Positions 52,495-64,000 are shown, counted from the first letter of the stretch. The stretch is DNA of 64,000 bases from Lytechinus pictus (GCF_037042905.1 NC_087252.1:23810001-23874000), one strand, 5' to 3'. Notes: generated by a model not told the origin, from the sequence alone. A program made the numbers and translations.

Positions 52495-54600
52495 TTAATG
52501 ACAAGGGGGTGTTTCACAAACATTGAAACGTTGCACTTTTAAATTTCAGTTGTGTGCAGTATATAACGGATCACCTTATTGGTCAGATCATGATTACGGG
52601 ACCATGTATCAGTCAATCAGGTTAGGTATTAAACTCAATTTCTTTTTTGTGTTGGGTACAAAACGACCAAAAATGTATTAATTTATAACTTTTTTTTCTT
52701 CTTCTTTTTGCTTGTCAAATTTTTTAGGGGTACGAGAAGACCTACAATTTGTGGTTTTCAACATTTCTTTCAGCCCCTCCCCCCCCTCCCCTTTCAAACA
52801 TGTGTGTGTTGGCATTTACTCATGACTGTATGTCACACTTAATTCTTTGTGAAACACCGCCATGTGGTTTTTATGGACAGTTTTCTCTATCAAAAACCAT
52901 ACTTGTGGCCTATATAGACAGGTAGACCTTCTTTACAGGTTTTCTCTAGAGCAGGTTTGACTGTATCCATACATCATCTTTTAAAGCTCATGAACAAATG
53001 TCTAAACCACATTAAGTAGTGATGCCATCTCGAATCCAACTAAGCCCCTTCTTCTTTCAAACCCTTCAGTTTCTGCATTAAAATTACATTGGGTAAGCCA
53101 TGGACATGGATTTTATTAAGGTGTAAAGCTTTTTATGCCAGTAGTTCTATAATTTAGAAATTATCTGCTATATTGTATTTTTTTTCTTGAGTGACCCCAG
53201 TAATTACAACATACACACACATTACCCCCACACTACCAACACACAATAACGCAAAATTGCCTATACCACTCTGGTAAAAATTTTAATATTTTGCATTTTA
53301 AATTTCATGAATTATCATTAACATTATTTTTGAAAAAAAAATGATTTCTGCAAAAAGCCTTTCTTAAGATTACAAAATAAAATTCAACATCACAAAGAAC
53401 AAATTTTAATAAGTTTCCCTTTACCCGTTGGAGTCTGAATGATTTTGCTACAGACTCCAGCTCACATACAGTATATGCAGACTCAATCTCCAATGAATTA
53501 AAAGTAATTTTGAGATTAAATGCATCAAATCTCTAATGCAAAAGAAATATGATCTCTTGTATTCCCAACCTTGGATCACAGGAAGAAAAACCTATTATAT
53601 ACTGTACAGGTAAATTTATCCTGCTCCAACCAAAACAGGAACCGCAGACGTTTAGCAAGCACGAAAAGTTTTTCTTTCACACCGTCAAGTTCATGAGGAA
53701 AACTGTGTCCCCTATTGAAATACAATCAAATTACAGAATTCAACCACTATCAAATTTCTGTCATACCCAAAGGTTTTGTACAATCATTTGGTTTTAGTAG
53801 ACAATATGGTACGTAGTTTCCTGATGAATAGCCATGACAACAATCACTATGTATTTGAAAAAAATTGCATTATGCTTGTTTGAACTTTTTTATCATTCGT
53901 ACAAATCAGGTTTGGTTTGGGAGTACTTATATTGTTATAATCATTATGCTTGTTTTACTTATTTTCTACTTGTCCAAAGCAACTATTTTATTTGGGAGGG
54001 CTTCTTATATTACTATAATCATTGTAATCCCCCCCCCCCCAGCTCTGAACTATGAACTTTGAATCACCAATTCGTGAGGATTGGAGCAATTGAATTTACA
54101 GCATTGCGGTGGCTTCATATTGAAAGATTATATTTTTCTAGATCATCAGAAAAGGAAACATTTAAAAATATAAACATTTTGGTAACTATTATCAATTACT
54201 CTGCATCTTGCAAATCCCCCCCCCCCCCGCTTTTGTGCCAACTCATCCATGATGTATGGGCCATAATTGAAGATATGAAACAAGTGAATGAAGCATTCAC
54301 AGTAATACTTAAGGATTAGCATCCGTCAAGGAGAAAACAATTTAACATATTTGATTTTCCATTTAATTTCTGTCATTTCTCTTATACCGTATTTGTGAAT
54401 CATTTGTTTATAATCCTATTTTGCATTGAAAAATAAAGTAGTAACTTATGTTAAAAAAGCTTTGTGGAGTGTTTGTCATCATTCATGTCTAATTGAGGGG
54501 GTTTTTATGAAGTGTTATAGCTTGTGTCTGTTCAAGGCAGCATGATAAGAAACTTAAAATCAAATCCATGCGGGTCAGAAAATTACGTTGAACTTCTCGA

Positions 54601-54894
54601 TAATAATAATAATAGTCAGTTCTTGTATAGCGCATAACACATTATGAATTACGTCTCTATGCGCTGCCACAGGACTTGGATATTATTACCCCGGCTGTAG
54701 CTCTAGCAGCTTTCACGCACTCGGCATTTTAAGGAATTATTTCCTGCCAGGTACCCATTCACCTCACCTGGGTTGAGTGCAGCACAATGTGGATTAATTT
54801 CTTGCTGAAGGAAACTAAGCCATGGCTGGGATTTGAACCCATGACCCTCTGTTTCAAAGTCAGAAGACAAATCCACTGGGCCACAACGCTTCAC
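54601..54894 (-). mobile_element. tRNA-derived SINE
   Basis: Minus-strand head with tggcccagtgg (A box) and ggttcaaatcc (B box), (TTA)n tail; homologous to 58176-58467. Confidence 0.85.
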
Positions 54895-56972
54895 ATATGT
54901 GATATCTCATACATGTAGATAGTATCAATTGAAGTTTATCGAGGATTTGAAGGGAAAAGTGTGGAAAGGTTGAAATACTGTACCTGAAAATAAATAAGGT
55001 GGTGTTTAGATAGTGAAGATACAATATTTGGAATAACTATTGGAGACAACTTTGTTGGAAGATGACTTTATTAAAATAATCAATACTCAGTGTACATAAT
55101 TTACAGAATCCTCTACACATGACTCAAATTCAATAATTTTGAGTTATCATTTTCTTCACATTTTCGTAACAGTAATTGTAATATAATTTTTAAAGTACTC
55201 TTCAGAGTAAATGGAATTTGTTTAAAGAGCATAAAATGGCAAGAAATGTTAACAATGTACCACATAAATGCACATTAAATATACATCCAAAACTCAATAT
55301 TGTTAGACATGAGGGAAATACAAACTTACCATATTATAAATGTATTAACCAAAAGAAGAAATGGATTATTGATCATAGTAGAAAAATGAATCTGATAATT
55401 ATACTTCACATGTTTATGTACATGTACAGATACACACCAAGTAAAAAATGACTAAATGAGGCAATTTTTTAAAGAATACAAAAGGATCTTTGCAGACAAA
55501 ATGCATGCAAACAGAAATATAATTTTTCATACATTTCTCACAAAAAAAATATATTTCATAAATACCACAGTAAATTTATGTTTATACAGAGCATGGCACA
55601 TATGTACAGGATCACCATTAAAAAAAAACATTGTTTATCTAAAAGGAGAAGACTGATGAAATGATGCTTTTAATTCATCTATAATTTTAAAGAAATTGCC
55701 ATTCTAAACATTAACACTTTGTAAAATGAAATAAGTTGACACAAAAAAATATTATAGTTTCACTTTTGAAAAATGATTTCATTAACAACAAAAGGGGCAA
55801 TAGGCATTACGGTCATTCATATAAAAGTAATTTATTCTTCAAATGTTTATCCCAGAATGAAAAGAGGTATCCTTTTCAGAAAGATGGCTGTGAATAACTA
55901 GACTCTAATACAGCATAGATGAAGCAACAAATTCTAGCTCTGTTCAGTCTCTCTGAAAGAACTCATTATTTGATGAAAGGCAAATTTTCTTTGTACTGGT
56001 ACAGTTTTCACTCAACACAACACATCACCTAGAAACTACTGTACAGTACTCAAAATATCTGGGACTGGAAAGCTTTATTTTCAAGCTGTGTATGGAGTTA
56101 TACATAACTTTACAAAAGACTTAAAGGTTTTCAATCATCTTTATTCTCTTAACCGTAAGTTAAAATCCAATCATTGTAGAATCGAATTCTTATTTAAAAC
56201 ATGCATTTGAATGCAACCTTTGTTTTTTGTCAAAATTTTATCTGGGTTTTTGGCCAAACTACGTCGTAACATGAAGGAAAAAATTGGGGTATCACATTTA
56301 GCACCAGAATATACAGGTGTATTTCAATTGTTCATAATGTCATGTGCAATTTCATATACAGCTTTATAGAAAAGCCCATCGATATTATCATTCTTCCTAC
56401 AGTACCTCACTTTCTTCAATATTAAATAATTTACAAAATATTAGGTCGCAGAGTAAGTTTGAAATCCAATGTTCAATGGAAACAGAAAATGTGTTTGCCT
56501 ATTACACCGTGCTATTCCATTGGTGTTTAACCCATTGAGAAGTGTAAACCCAGTGGTATTAAACCATTGTTCATCAATGCAATTCCAATGGTAATGAAAG
56601 TTGTGTTTTAACCCATTGAGTAGTGTTAACTAATTGATTTTAAACCATTGTTCACCAAGGCAACATCAATAGAAACAAATGTTGGGTGTAAACCAATTGA
56701 TTCCTATGCCCAAGAAAACTTGAGCTAAGATCCATGTTATTCAAGATTTACTGACCTTAGCATTTGAAATCTAATTATAAACCACAGTATTGCATTATTT
56801 CACATTAATAAAAGGTTGAAATAGAGAAATTGGTCATAAAGAGGAAAACCTTTCAAATGAAAAGCAAAGTAAAACTGCTCTTCAAAATCATTGGGTTTTC
56901 CACAAATATAAATACAAGAAGACAACTGTTTCAAATGGTACATGAAACGGAAATGAGGAAGAGGTTACTCAC

Positions 56973-57110
56973 GTTGGACAGCAACATAGACACTGCCCTC
57001 TATAGGGCCAGCTAAACAAGTGTAGGTGCCTGTGTCTGTTTCCTGAAGGTTGCTTATTATGAGACGTGTCTCGCCAAGGGATGGACTCTCTACACGGATA
57101 CGAGCTCGGT
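56973..57110 (-). CDS. Exon 7: C-terminal half of Ig domain
   Basis: cag|ACCGA...CAAC|gtgagt; (D)RARIRVESPSLGETRLIISNLQETDTGTYTCLAGPIEGSVYVAVQ; 138 nt. Confidence 0.95.
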
Positions 57111-57189
57111 CTGTGGGGGTTGGAAAAACAATTACAAGAAGGTGACATTGAGCTTTATTTTACATAGTCCTCACCTATCATTTTAGATT

Positions 57190-58162
57190 AACAAGTGGAA
57201 TGCCTCTGGCCGTCTCACCTGCATCACGCGATTCAATATAGCAGCAGTGCTGATTTTGAAAACTACTATAACTCGCACAAGATGTTCAGTGATACTTGGT
57301 TACTCTTATTTCCACGTTTTATGAACTAGACCAATACACTTATAGAGATATGATGGCAATTCAACAAATACCCCCAACGTGGCCAAAGTTCTTTGACCTT
57401 ACATGACCTTTGACCTTGATCATGTGACCTGAAACTCGCACAGGATGTTCAGTGATACTTGATTACTATTATGTCCAAGTTTTATGAACTAGACCAACAT
57501 ACTTTCAAATTTATGGCTGTAATTCAACAAATACCCCAATTTGGCCAAAGTTCATTGACCCTAAATGACCTTTGACCTTGATCATGTGACCTGAAACTTG
57601 CACAGGATGTTCAGTAATACTTGATTACTATTATGTCTAAGTTTCATGAATCAGATCCATAAACTTTCAAAGTTATGATGGTAATTCAACAGATACCCCC
57701 TATTCGGCCAAAGTTCATTGACCCTAAATGACCTTTGACCTTGGTCATGTGACGTGAAACTCATGCAGGATGTTCAGTGATACTTGATTAACCTTATGTA
57801 TAAGTTTCATGAACTAGGTCTATATATTTTCTAAGTTATGATGACATTTCAAAAACTTAACCTTAGGTTAAGATTTTGATGTTGATTCCCCCAACATGGT
57901 CTAAGTTCATTGACCCTAAATGACCTTTGACCTTGGTCATGTGACATGAAACTCAGGCAGGATGTTCAGTAATACTTGATTAACCTTATGGTCAAGTTTC
58001 ATGAACTAGGTCCATATACTTTCTAAGTTATGCTGTCATTTCAAAAACTTAACCTCAGGTTAAGATTTGGTGTTGACGCCGCCGCCGCCGCCGCCGCCGT
58101 CGCCGTCGCCGTCGGAAAAGCGGCGCCTATAGTCTCACTCTGCTATGCAGGTGAGACAAAAA
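57190..58162. mobile_element. Helentron-associated non-autonomous element (HINE/DINE-1-like)
   Basis: Subterminal inverted repeat gtctcacctgcat (57212) / atgcaggtgagac (58145), terminal hairpin, internal repeats of about 160 bp, (GCC)n microsatellite, A-rich ends. Confidence 0.75.
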
Positions 58163-58175
58163 CCACATCACTCAT

Positions 58176-58467
58176 ATAATAATAATAATAGTCAGTTCTT
58201 GAATAGCGCATAACACATTATGAATAACGTCTCTATGCGCTTCCAAAGGACTTGGATATTACCCTGGCTGTAGCTCAAGCAGCTTTCACGTGCTCGGCAT
58301 TTCCAGGAATAAATTCCTGCCAGGTACCCATTCACCTCACCTGGGTTGAGTGCAGCACAATGCAGATTAATTTTTTGCTGAAGGAAACTACGCCATGGCT
58401 GGGATTTGAACCCACGACCCTCTGTTTCAAAGTCCGGAGACTAATCCACTGGGCCACAACGCTCCAC
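58176..58467 (-). mobile_element. tRNA-derived SINE
   Basis: Same family as 54601-54894. Confidence 0.85.
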
Positions 58468-58649
58468 ATATAACAATAACATTAAGAATATTGTGTTATC
58501 ATAAATTGGTATCACTGAGCAAGCATGGGTGATTGATAGCTCCCTTAGGTGTGATTCAAAATAACCTAATTATGAATTAATTAATTTCTTCCCTATAAAG
58601 TATCTGAAAGTATCCTAGAAAAGGAATCCCTGAAATAATGTTCACTTAC

Positions 58650-58792
58650 CACATGAGATGACTAACTCCTGACAGTTGTTCCAGATAGGTGGTTCTACCA
58701 AGTAAGTATCACCGATTGTGCACATGTGACTTACCCCCCCCCTCCCCCCCCCCCCTCGGTGTCATTCCCTTAACTAAGTACTAGTATCATGC
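58650..58792 (-). pseudogene. Degenerate Ig N-half pseudo-exon paralogous to the 3' part of exon 6
   Basis: VSHMCTIGDTYLVEPPIWNNCQELVISC|gtaagtg versus ISYLCSVNDTNLVEPPVWRNLQGEDIAY|gtaagtg. The 5' part has stops and a poly-G run, and its 5' boundary is tentative. Confidence 0.75.
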
Positions 58793-58856
58793 CTAAAAGA
58801 ATGTTCCCTACCATATAAAGTACAGTACACAAATATACAATGAGGGTTGAGAATCT

Positions 58857-58966
58857 GGCTAAAACACTTCACATCAAGGAACATCAATAGTATCTTTCTC
58901 CTGAGGGCTAAAGGCCTGAGAGAGAATGGTACTATTGATGTTCCTGAGTGTGAATGGTTTTAGCCT
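58857..58966. repeat. About 110-bp imperfect hairpin (repeat remnant)
   Basis: ggctaaaac...aggaacatcaatagta / tactattgatgttcct...gttttagcc. Confidence 0.6.
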
Positions 58967-59132
58967 GTTATGAGAATAAGCCATTGCATAATTGTTTTAT
59001 ATCCCTTCCAGCTGTATTATAATAATGAAAAAAAGTTGATTTTGACGTATTTAATTCAACTTTTCAGACTTCCTGCAAGCTAGCTTGGCAGGCAGCCTGA
59101 GCTGGTGAGATGCTCACAATGGCTTCACTTAC

Positions 59133-59369
59133 CATATGCGATGTCCTCTCCCTGAAGGTTCCTCCAGACAGGTGGTTCTACCAGGTTGGTATCATTGACC
59201 GAGCAAAGGTAACTGATGGTTCCTCCTAGGCGTGGATCCGAATCCTGGCTTGGGACAATGTTGATACTGACTGGTAGAAGGACTTGGCAGTGGTCTCCAA
59301 CATAACCTGCTTGGCAATGACACGACCCCTCCCGACAGATACCTCCATTGATACATACTGGGAAACATC
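59133..59369 (-). CDS. Exon 6: EGF domain fused to N-terminal half of Ig domain
   Basis: cag|GATGT...TATG|gtaagt; (G)CFPVCINGGICREGSCHCQAGYVGDHCQVLLPVSINIVPSQDSDPRLGGTISYLCSVNDTNLVEPPVWRNLQGEDIAY; 237 nt. Confidence 0.95.
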
Positions 59370-59579
59370 CTGTTAGAAAGAAATAACTGACTGTTCAAAA
59401 TTTTTGTGTCATTGACAAATGACCTATAATCTAAACTGTTCTGCTCCACCTTCTCTTTCCTCATCATGCTCCTCATTCCTTTACTTCTTTCTTCTCGTTC
59501 TTCTTTGTCGTCTTCTTTATCTTCACTAACAGATCTCATTCTTAACATTTTCATTTCCCTGTATTATCAGTAATACAAT

Positions 59580-60125
59580 CCTCATTGCCATCCTCACCAT
59601 TGCCATCATCATCACCAATATCAGTTCAGTCATTAATATACTATGATCATTATTACTAATTAAATAATTTGATATCATCAACTGATTTAAAAGCATCTTC
59701 ATAATTATCAAAACCATAATCATCATAATCACTCTCATCTCAATGATGATAATAATGATGGTGATGGTGGAGGTAAAGGTGGTGAGATGATCTCATCACC
59801 TTTATCTTCACCATCACTATCATCATCATCACCACCATCATCAGCATCATCATCAGCATCATCACCACAATCAACATCATCACCATCATCACCACCACCA
59901 TCATTATCATCATCATCATCTGACATCATCACCACCACCACCATCATCACCATCATCACCACCACCATTATCATCATTATCATCATCATCATCTGACATC
60001 ATCATCACCACCACCACCAGCACCACCACCATCATCAATATCATCACCACATTCAACATCATCACCACCATTACTATCACCACCAGCATCATTATCACCC
60101 TCCACATCCTCATCATCAACATATC
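59580..60125. repeat. (CAT/CAC)n microsatellite
   Basis: Seen directly in the sequence. Confidence 0.9.
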
Positions 60126-60150
60126 ATTTTTATATAAAGGGATATCTTAC

Positions 60151-60249
60151 CCCTGAGTTCACAGTGTCCACCAATAAATCCATCCGCACAGTCACAGACT
60201 CCATTGTTACATGTTCCTCCATTGCTGCAGGGTGGATCGCATGATCGCT
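60151..60249 (-). CDS. Exon 5: short EGF-like domain
   Basis: cag|AGCGA...AGGG|gtaaga; (E)RSCDPPCSNGGTCNNGVCDCADGFIGGHCELR; 99 nt. Confidence 0.95.
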
Positions 60250-60977
60250 CTGAAGAACACAAGAGTATCAATTAATCTATGCGTTTCAAAATACATGTGC
60301 AAAGGTGTTTCGCCATTAGTATGATGTCACTCCTTCATGTTAATCCTGAGAGAATGATCACAAATATGGTCCTATATCTACTATAAAAGTACTCCACCCT
60401 CAAGAGCAAGTAGGTCTCTCATGATAATGAATATTTATGGTGTATGAAGTATGAAACACACAAATTCAATACTATCACAAGCAGTGTCACCATGGTTAGG
60501 TAGCATCTTAAGTATTGGCAAATACAAAGAATGATTTTAAAAATTCACTTTCGTAGGAAATAAATGATTCATGACACACACGTTGTGTAAAAGTTCTTAA
60601 AGTCTGGTAAATGCAGGTAAAAATTATAATCAAACTGTAGGTCCTCCATAAATTGCCTTATAAAAAATGTTGAAAGTGGAAAAGCATAGGAACAATAGGA
60701 AGGGGTGAAAGTTTGTCCTTAGGGTGGAAGGTACATAGATATCTTTAGAAGACAGAGGAATGAAAGGATCATGAGCAATTCTAAAAGGCTGGGAATTTAG
60801 GGCTGTTGAGCAGCATGAACAGAAAGCCTGTTAAAATGAAGCTTGATGGGGAATAAATTTCAAAATGAATTTCTTAATACTTTTGAAATACAGAAGAGCA
60901 AATTGATTGTATTTCCAACACAATACACTCATTTACATCCTTGAACATACATGTACATGCTTAACATTTGAACATAC

Positions 60978-61118
60978 CTGCCAAGACAATAGTGAAGGTG
61001 GTTGTCAGAGGGCCTCCGTTGCAACGGTAGATACCCATATCATTGTTGGTAAAGTTATGGATGATCAACTTAGTCTCGTAGTCTGACAGACGCTGGGTGT
61101 ACACTCGGTGGTCGCGAA
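60978..61118 (-). CDS. Exon 4: C-terminal half of Ig domain
   Basis: cag|TTCGC...GCAG|gtatgt; RDHRVYTQRLSDYETKLIIHNFTNNDMGIYRCNGGPLTTTFTIVLA; 141 nt. Confidence 0.95.
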
Positions 61119-61676
61119 CTGAAACATTAGATATCATATGATAATTAAGTTGATTTTTGTTTGCCCATCCCAGTGAACCGAAAGAATCATACTTCAAGAG
61201 AAAATTCTTAATAGATTCCATTTCTGCATTCGCTAGCAATTTCTATCAGTATCAATTTACTCAATCCAAGTTTACACAAATTTATATTCAACTATTTGCA
61301 GAGAGTAGTAGTGCAATGGATATTTTAAAATCAATATCAATATAAGTTTATTTTAACAAGATATTCAGTTACCCTTGCACTGAATAAAAATGTCATTATA
61401 AAAATGTATATCACATAGCTTTTTGTTATGTTATGCTGATTTATATTTGCATTGGACACTTAGCAAAATCAACAATTGGTTGACGTGAATGAATTCCTGG
61501 CAAGATTAGTCTGTCAAATGCACTGAGCACGAACAGGCAGTTCAAGCTAGAACCAGAGTAATAATATCAATGCGTCTCAGAATAGACTATTTGTTTTTAC
61601 ATAATGCTGTATAAATGCATTGTCACCACTGACTTTACTATCAATCACGTATTGTGGGGTACCAAACTGAACTTAC

Positions 61677-61835
61677 TTGAAGGATTCGACGAGATGACCT
61701 TGCCAGTGGGGTTCCTCCAGAATGGATACCTTGGGGCATTGGCTCCACTGGTCCTACACAAGAACTCTATGTCCTCACCGACCATAGGGCTCTTCTCAAT
61801 GCTTGGAATGATGACAATAGAGGACTGGAAACCGA
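61677..61835 (-). CDS. Exon 3: N-terminal half of Ig domain
   Basis: tag|TCGGT...TCAA|gtaagt; GFQSSIVIIPSIEKSPMVGEDIEFLCRTSGANAPRYPFWRNPTGKVISSNPS; 159 nt. Confidence 0.95.
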
Positions 61836-61897
61836 CTAAAAATGGAGAGATGTCATGAATATTCATAAACTCAAAGTTAAATGCATATGCATATATG

Positions 61898-61978
61898 CAA
61901 GAACTCAATGTCCTAAGCGACCATAAGACCCTTCTCAATTCTTGGGATGATCACAATGGAGGATTGGAAACCAACTAG
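61898..61978 (-). pseudogene. Degenerate copy of the acceptor and first 25 codons of exon 3
   Basis: tag|TT GFQSSIVIIPRIEKGLMVA*DIEFL versus GFQSSIVIIPSIEKSPMVGEDIEFL. Confidence 0.85.
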
Positions 61979-62181
61979 AAACAAAGAAAAGGTAAAACTT
62001 AAATCAGACACAACTTGCTTTTCAACCAATGAAAACTGTGCATTCGAGAATTGCACTTGATTCTTGAGTCACACTTAGACATAATTCTTTCTGTAACGGG
62101 CCACTGGTCTTACAAACCCATGCAATGTTCTTATTAACCACGGGATCTGAGGATGAGAATTCAATCAAAATAGGAACTTAC

Positions 62182-62280
62182 TTCCAATCTGGCAGAATGA
62201 TCCTTGGTAGCCTTCAGGACAGGAGCAGACGCCATCCATACAGGTTCCTCCATTAGCACAGTTCAGAGGACAAGGTCGTT
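62182..62280 (-). CDS. Exon 2: short EGF-like domain
   Basis: cag|AACGA...GGAA|gtaagt; (E)RPCPLNCANGGTCMDGVCSCPEGYQGSFCQIG; 99 nt. Confidence 0.95.
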
Positions 62281-62625
62281 CTGAAGGACACATGAATGAA
62301 CATTGACATTAGAATGACAAGGTCGTTCTGAAGGACACATCAATGAACATTGACATTAGAATGAAAAGGATGTTCTGAAGGACACATCAATGAACATTGA
62401 CATTAGAATGAAAAGGATGTTCTGAAGGACACATCAATGAACATTGACATTAGAATGAAAAGGATGTTCTGAAGGACACATGAATGAACATTGACATTAG
62501 AATGACAAGGTCGTTCTGAAGGACACATGAATGAACATTGACATTAGAATGACAAGGTCGTTCTGAAGGACGCATGAATGAAAATTGACATTAGAATTGC
62601 AAGGACGTTCTGAAAGACACATGAT
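62269..62625 (-). repeat. 47-bp minisatellite (7 full copies plus 1 partial) containing the exon 2 acceptor
   Basis: Unit gacaaggtcgttctgaaggacacatgaatgaacattgacattagaat starts at 62269, 62316, 62363, 62410, 62457, 62504, 62551 and 62598. Confidence 0.95.
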
Positions 62626-63231
62626 TCAATGGTCAAAGTATATTTCCACATTTCCATAAAAAATAGGAAAAAAATAAGAAGTTGCAACATGCATATGGGC
62701 ATTTTCACGGTAACTTATGTTACACGGCACAATTTTACACACTTTTCATTGTGTATATGATTATCTCTAAAACAACAAATGATGGAAGTTTGAAAATGCC
62801 CATATATGAAATTGACTTACTCTTTCCCAACACAAAGGCACCCATAATCTTGTCATTTCATTTAAAATGCCACGTTTTATATTCTATTGTTTATATATTG
62901 TTTACGATTGAGTAGCATAGTTTGATTTAAAATTGTTCCATCGTTCATGGCTACTGCATGTTAATCCTACATGTACTTAGTCTTACATCGGTTGTACTAA
63001 ACACTTGGTCTAAGTGCCATTTAGCCCATTCGCTACTTTGTCCAATTTCATCTCATGACCAATAGCAGTGACATGGTATTCATGATTCCCATCTCTTATC
63101 ACAGAGATAAGGATAGCAAGACTTGCAAAGTATTATGAAGTGAGTCTAAATATAATGAGGTATATGCAGGTTTTTCATGTATTACTCTGGCTAAATTTCA
63201 CTGTATGAACAGCATATCGTATCACAGGTAC

Positions 63232-63369
63232 CTTCAATACTGATAAACACAGTGCTGTTCAGAGGGCCAGTAGCACAGGTGAAGTAACCAGCATCTCCCT
63301 CTGCGAGAGGCCTGATGTAAAGCCGGGTAGCAGTGGAGTTGACAGCGAATGTGAATATACGGTCCACAC
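63232..63369 (-). CDS. Exon 1 (in window): C-terminal half of Ig domain; gene continues beyond the window
   Basis: tag|GTGTG...GAAG|gtacct; VDRIFTFAVNSTATRLYIRPLAEGDAGYFTCATGPLNSTVFISIE; 138 nt. Confidence 0.93.
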
Positions 63370-64000
63370 CTAGGTCAAATGATAAATGATGTCACAAGTT
63401 AGCACTTGGAAAAATGTCATTATACATTAGTAATATATATCATTTATGAGGCGCCAAATATCTTTTGCCTATTCAAAGGCACCCTATGTATTGAGGCTGA
63501 CCAAACATTAATAGCATCAAAGCATTGCTGGAATATAGAAGCAGAAACATGGATTCATATCCAGGAATGAAGTTGAATACATGATTTTAAATTGAAATTC
63601 ACTTAAATCACATCCATATGCATGAACATAAATATTGAATTAATAAAAGTACATGTAACCTTCTGAGAAGCCAAAGAAAGACTCAAATAATAATGGAGTA
63701 TATATGGGAGATCAATCAGTTAATGTAAAAAAACATTTTGAGCCTTGTCTCCAATTTGTCTACATATTAGCAACAAGACAACTAATTCACAATTTACTAA
63801 ATATGGCAAATTTCCTAACGAACATTCATGACATAATTTAACACAAAAACGCTGGCTTTTACATTTTTTGGGGCCACTCGGCCTACAGTAAAGAAAAGTG
63901 GTCTCCATAGCAAAAGAGAGATACCACAATCGCAATGGAAATACATTTATTTTGTTACTTAGGTTTTTCAGTCATGCACCACTACTGAATAGCAACCTTT

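Noticed and set aside
62269..62625. CRISPR-like array
   Set aside because: Units are contiguous with no unique spacers, and the context is a eukaryotic intron.

Overview
AT-rich eukaryotic genomic DNA. An invertebrate deuterostome such as a sea urchin is plausible from the gene and repeat content, but this is inference only. The window lies inside one long minus-strand gene whose start and stop are outside the window. By hand I reconstructed 25 GT-AG exons (394..63369; 2957 nt, about 985 codons) that join without stops. They encode a modular extracellular protein: (half Ig)-EGF-Ig-EGF-EGF-Ig-EGFx5-linker-Ig-EGFx3-cbEGFx2-short VWC-VWC-VWC-VWC(start), resembling kielin/chordin-like or VWCE-like proteins. 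The introns hold many non-autonomous elements: piggyBac-like, Academ-like, Chapaev-like, Harbinger/hAT MITEs, a Helentron/HINE and tRNA-SINEs. The most unusual signal is that at least seven exons have local duplications of their own splice sites, which leave decoy acceptor arrays or pseudo-exons of very different ages. The youngest is a 47-bp VNTR that repeats a real 3' splice site eight times. Also notable are a 3.2-kb foldback transposon with more than 20 RFX X-box-like motifs and a composite-like pair of CAC-terminal MITEs.
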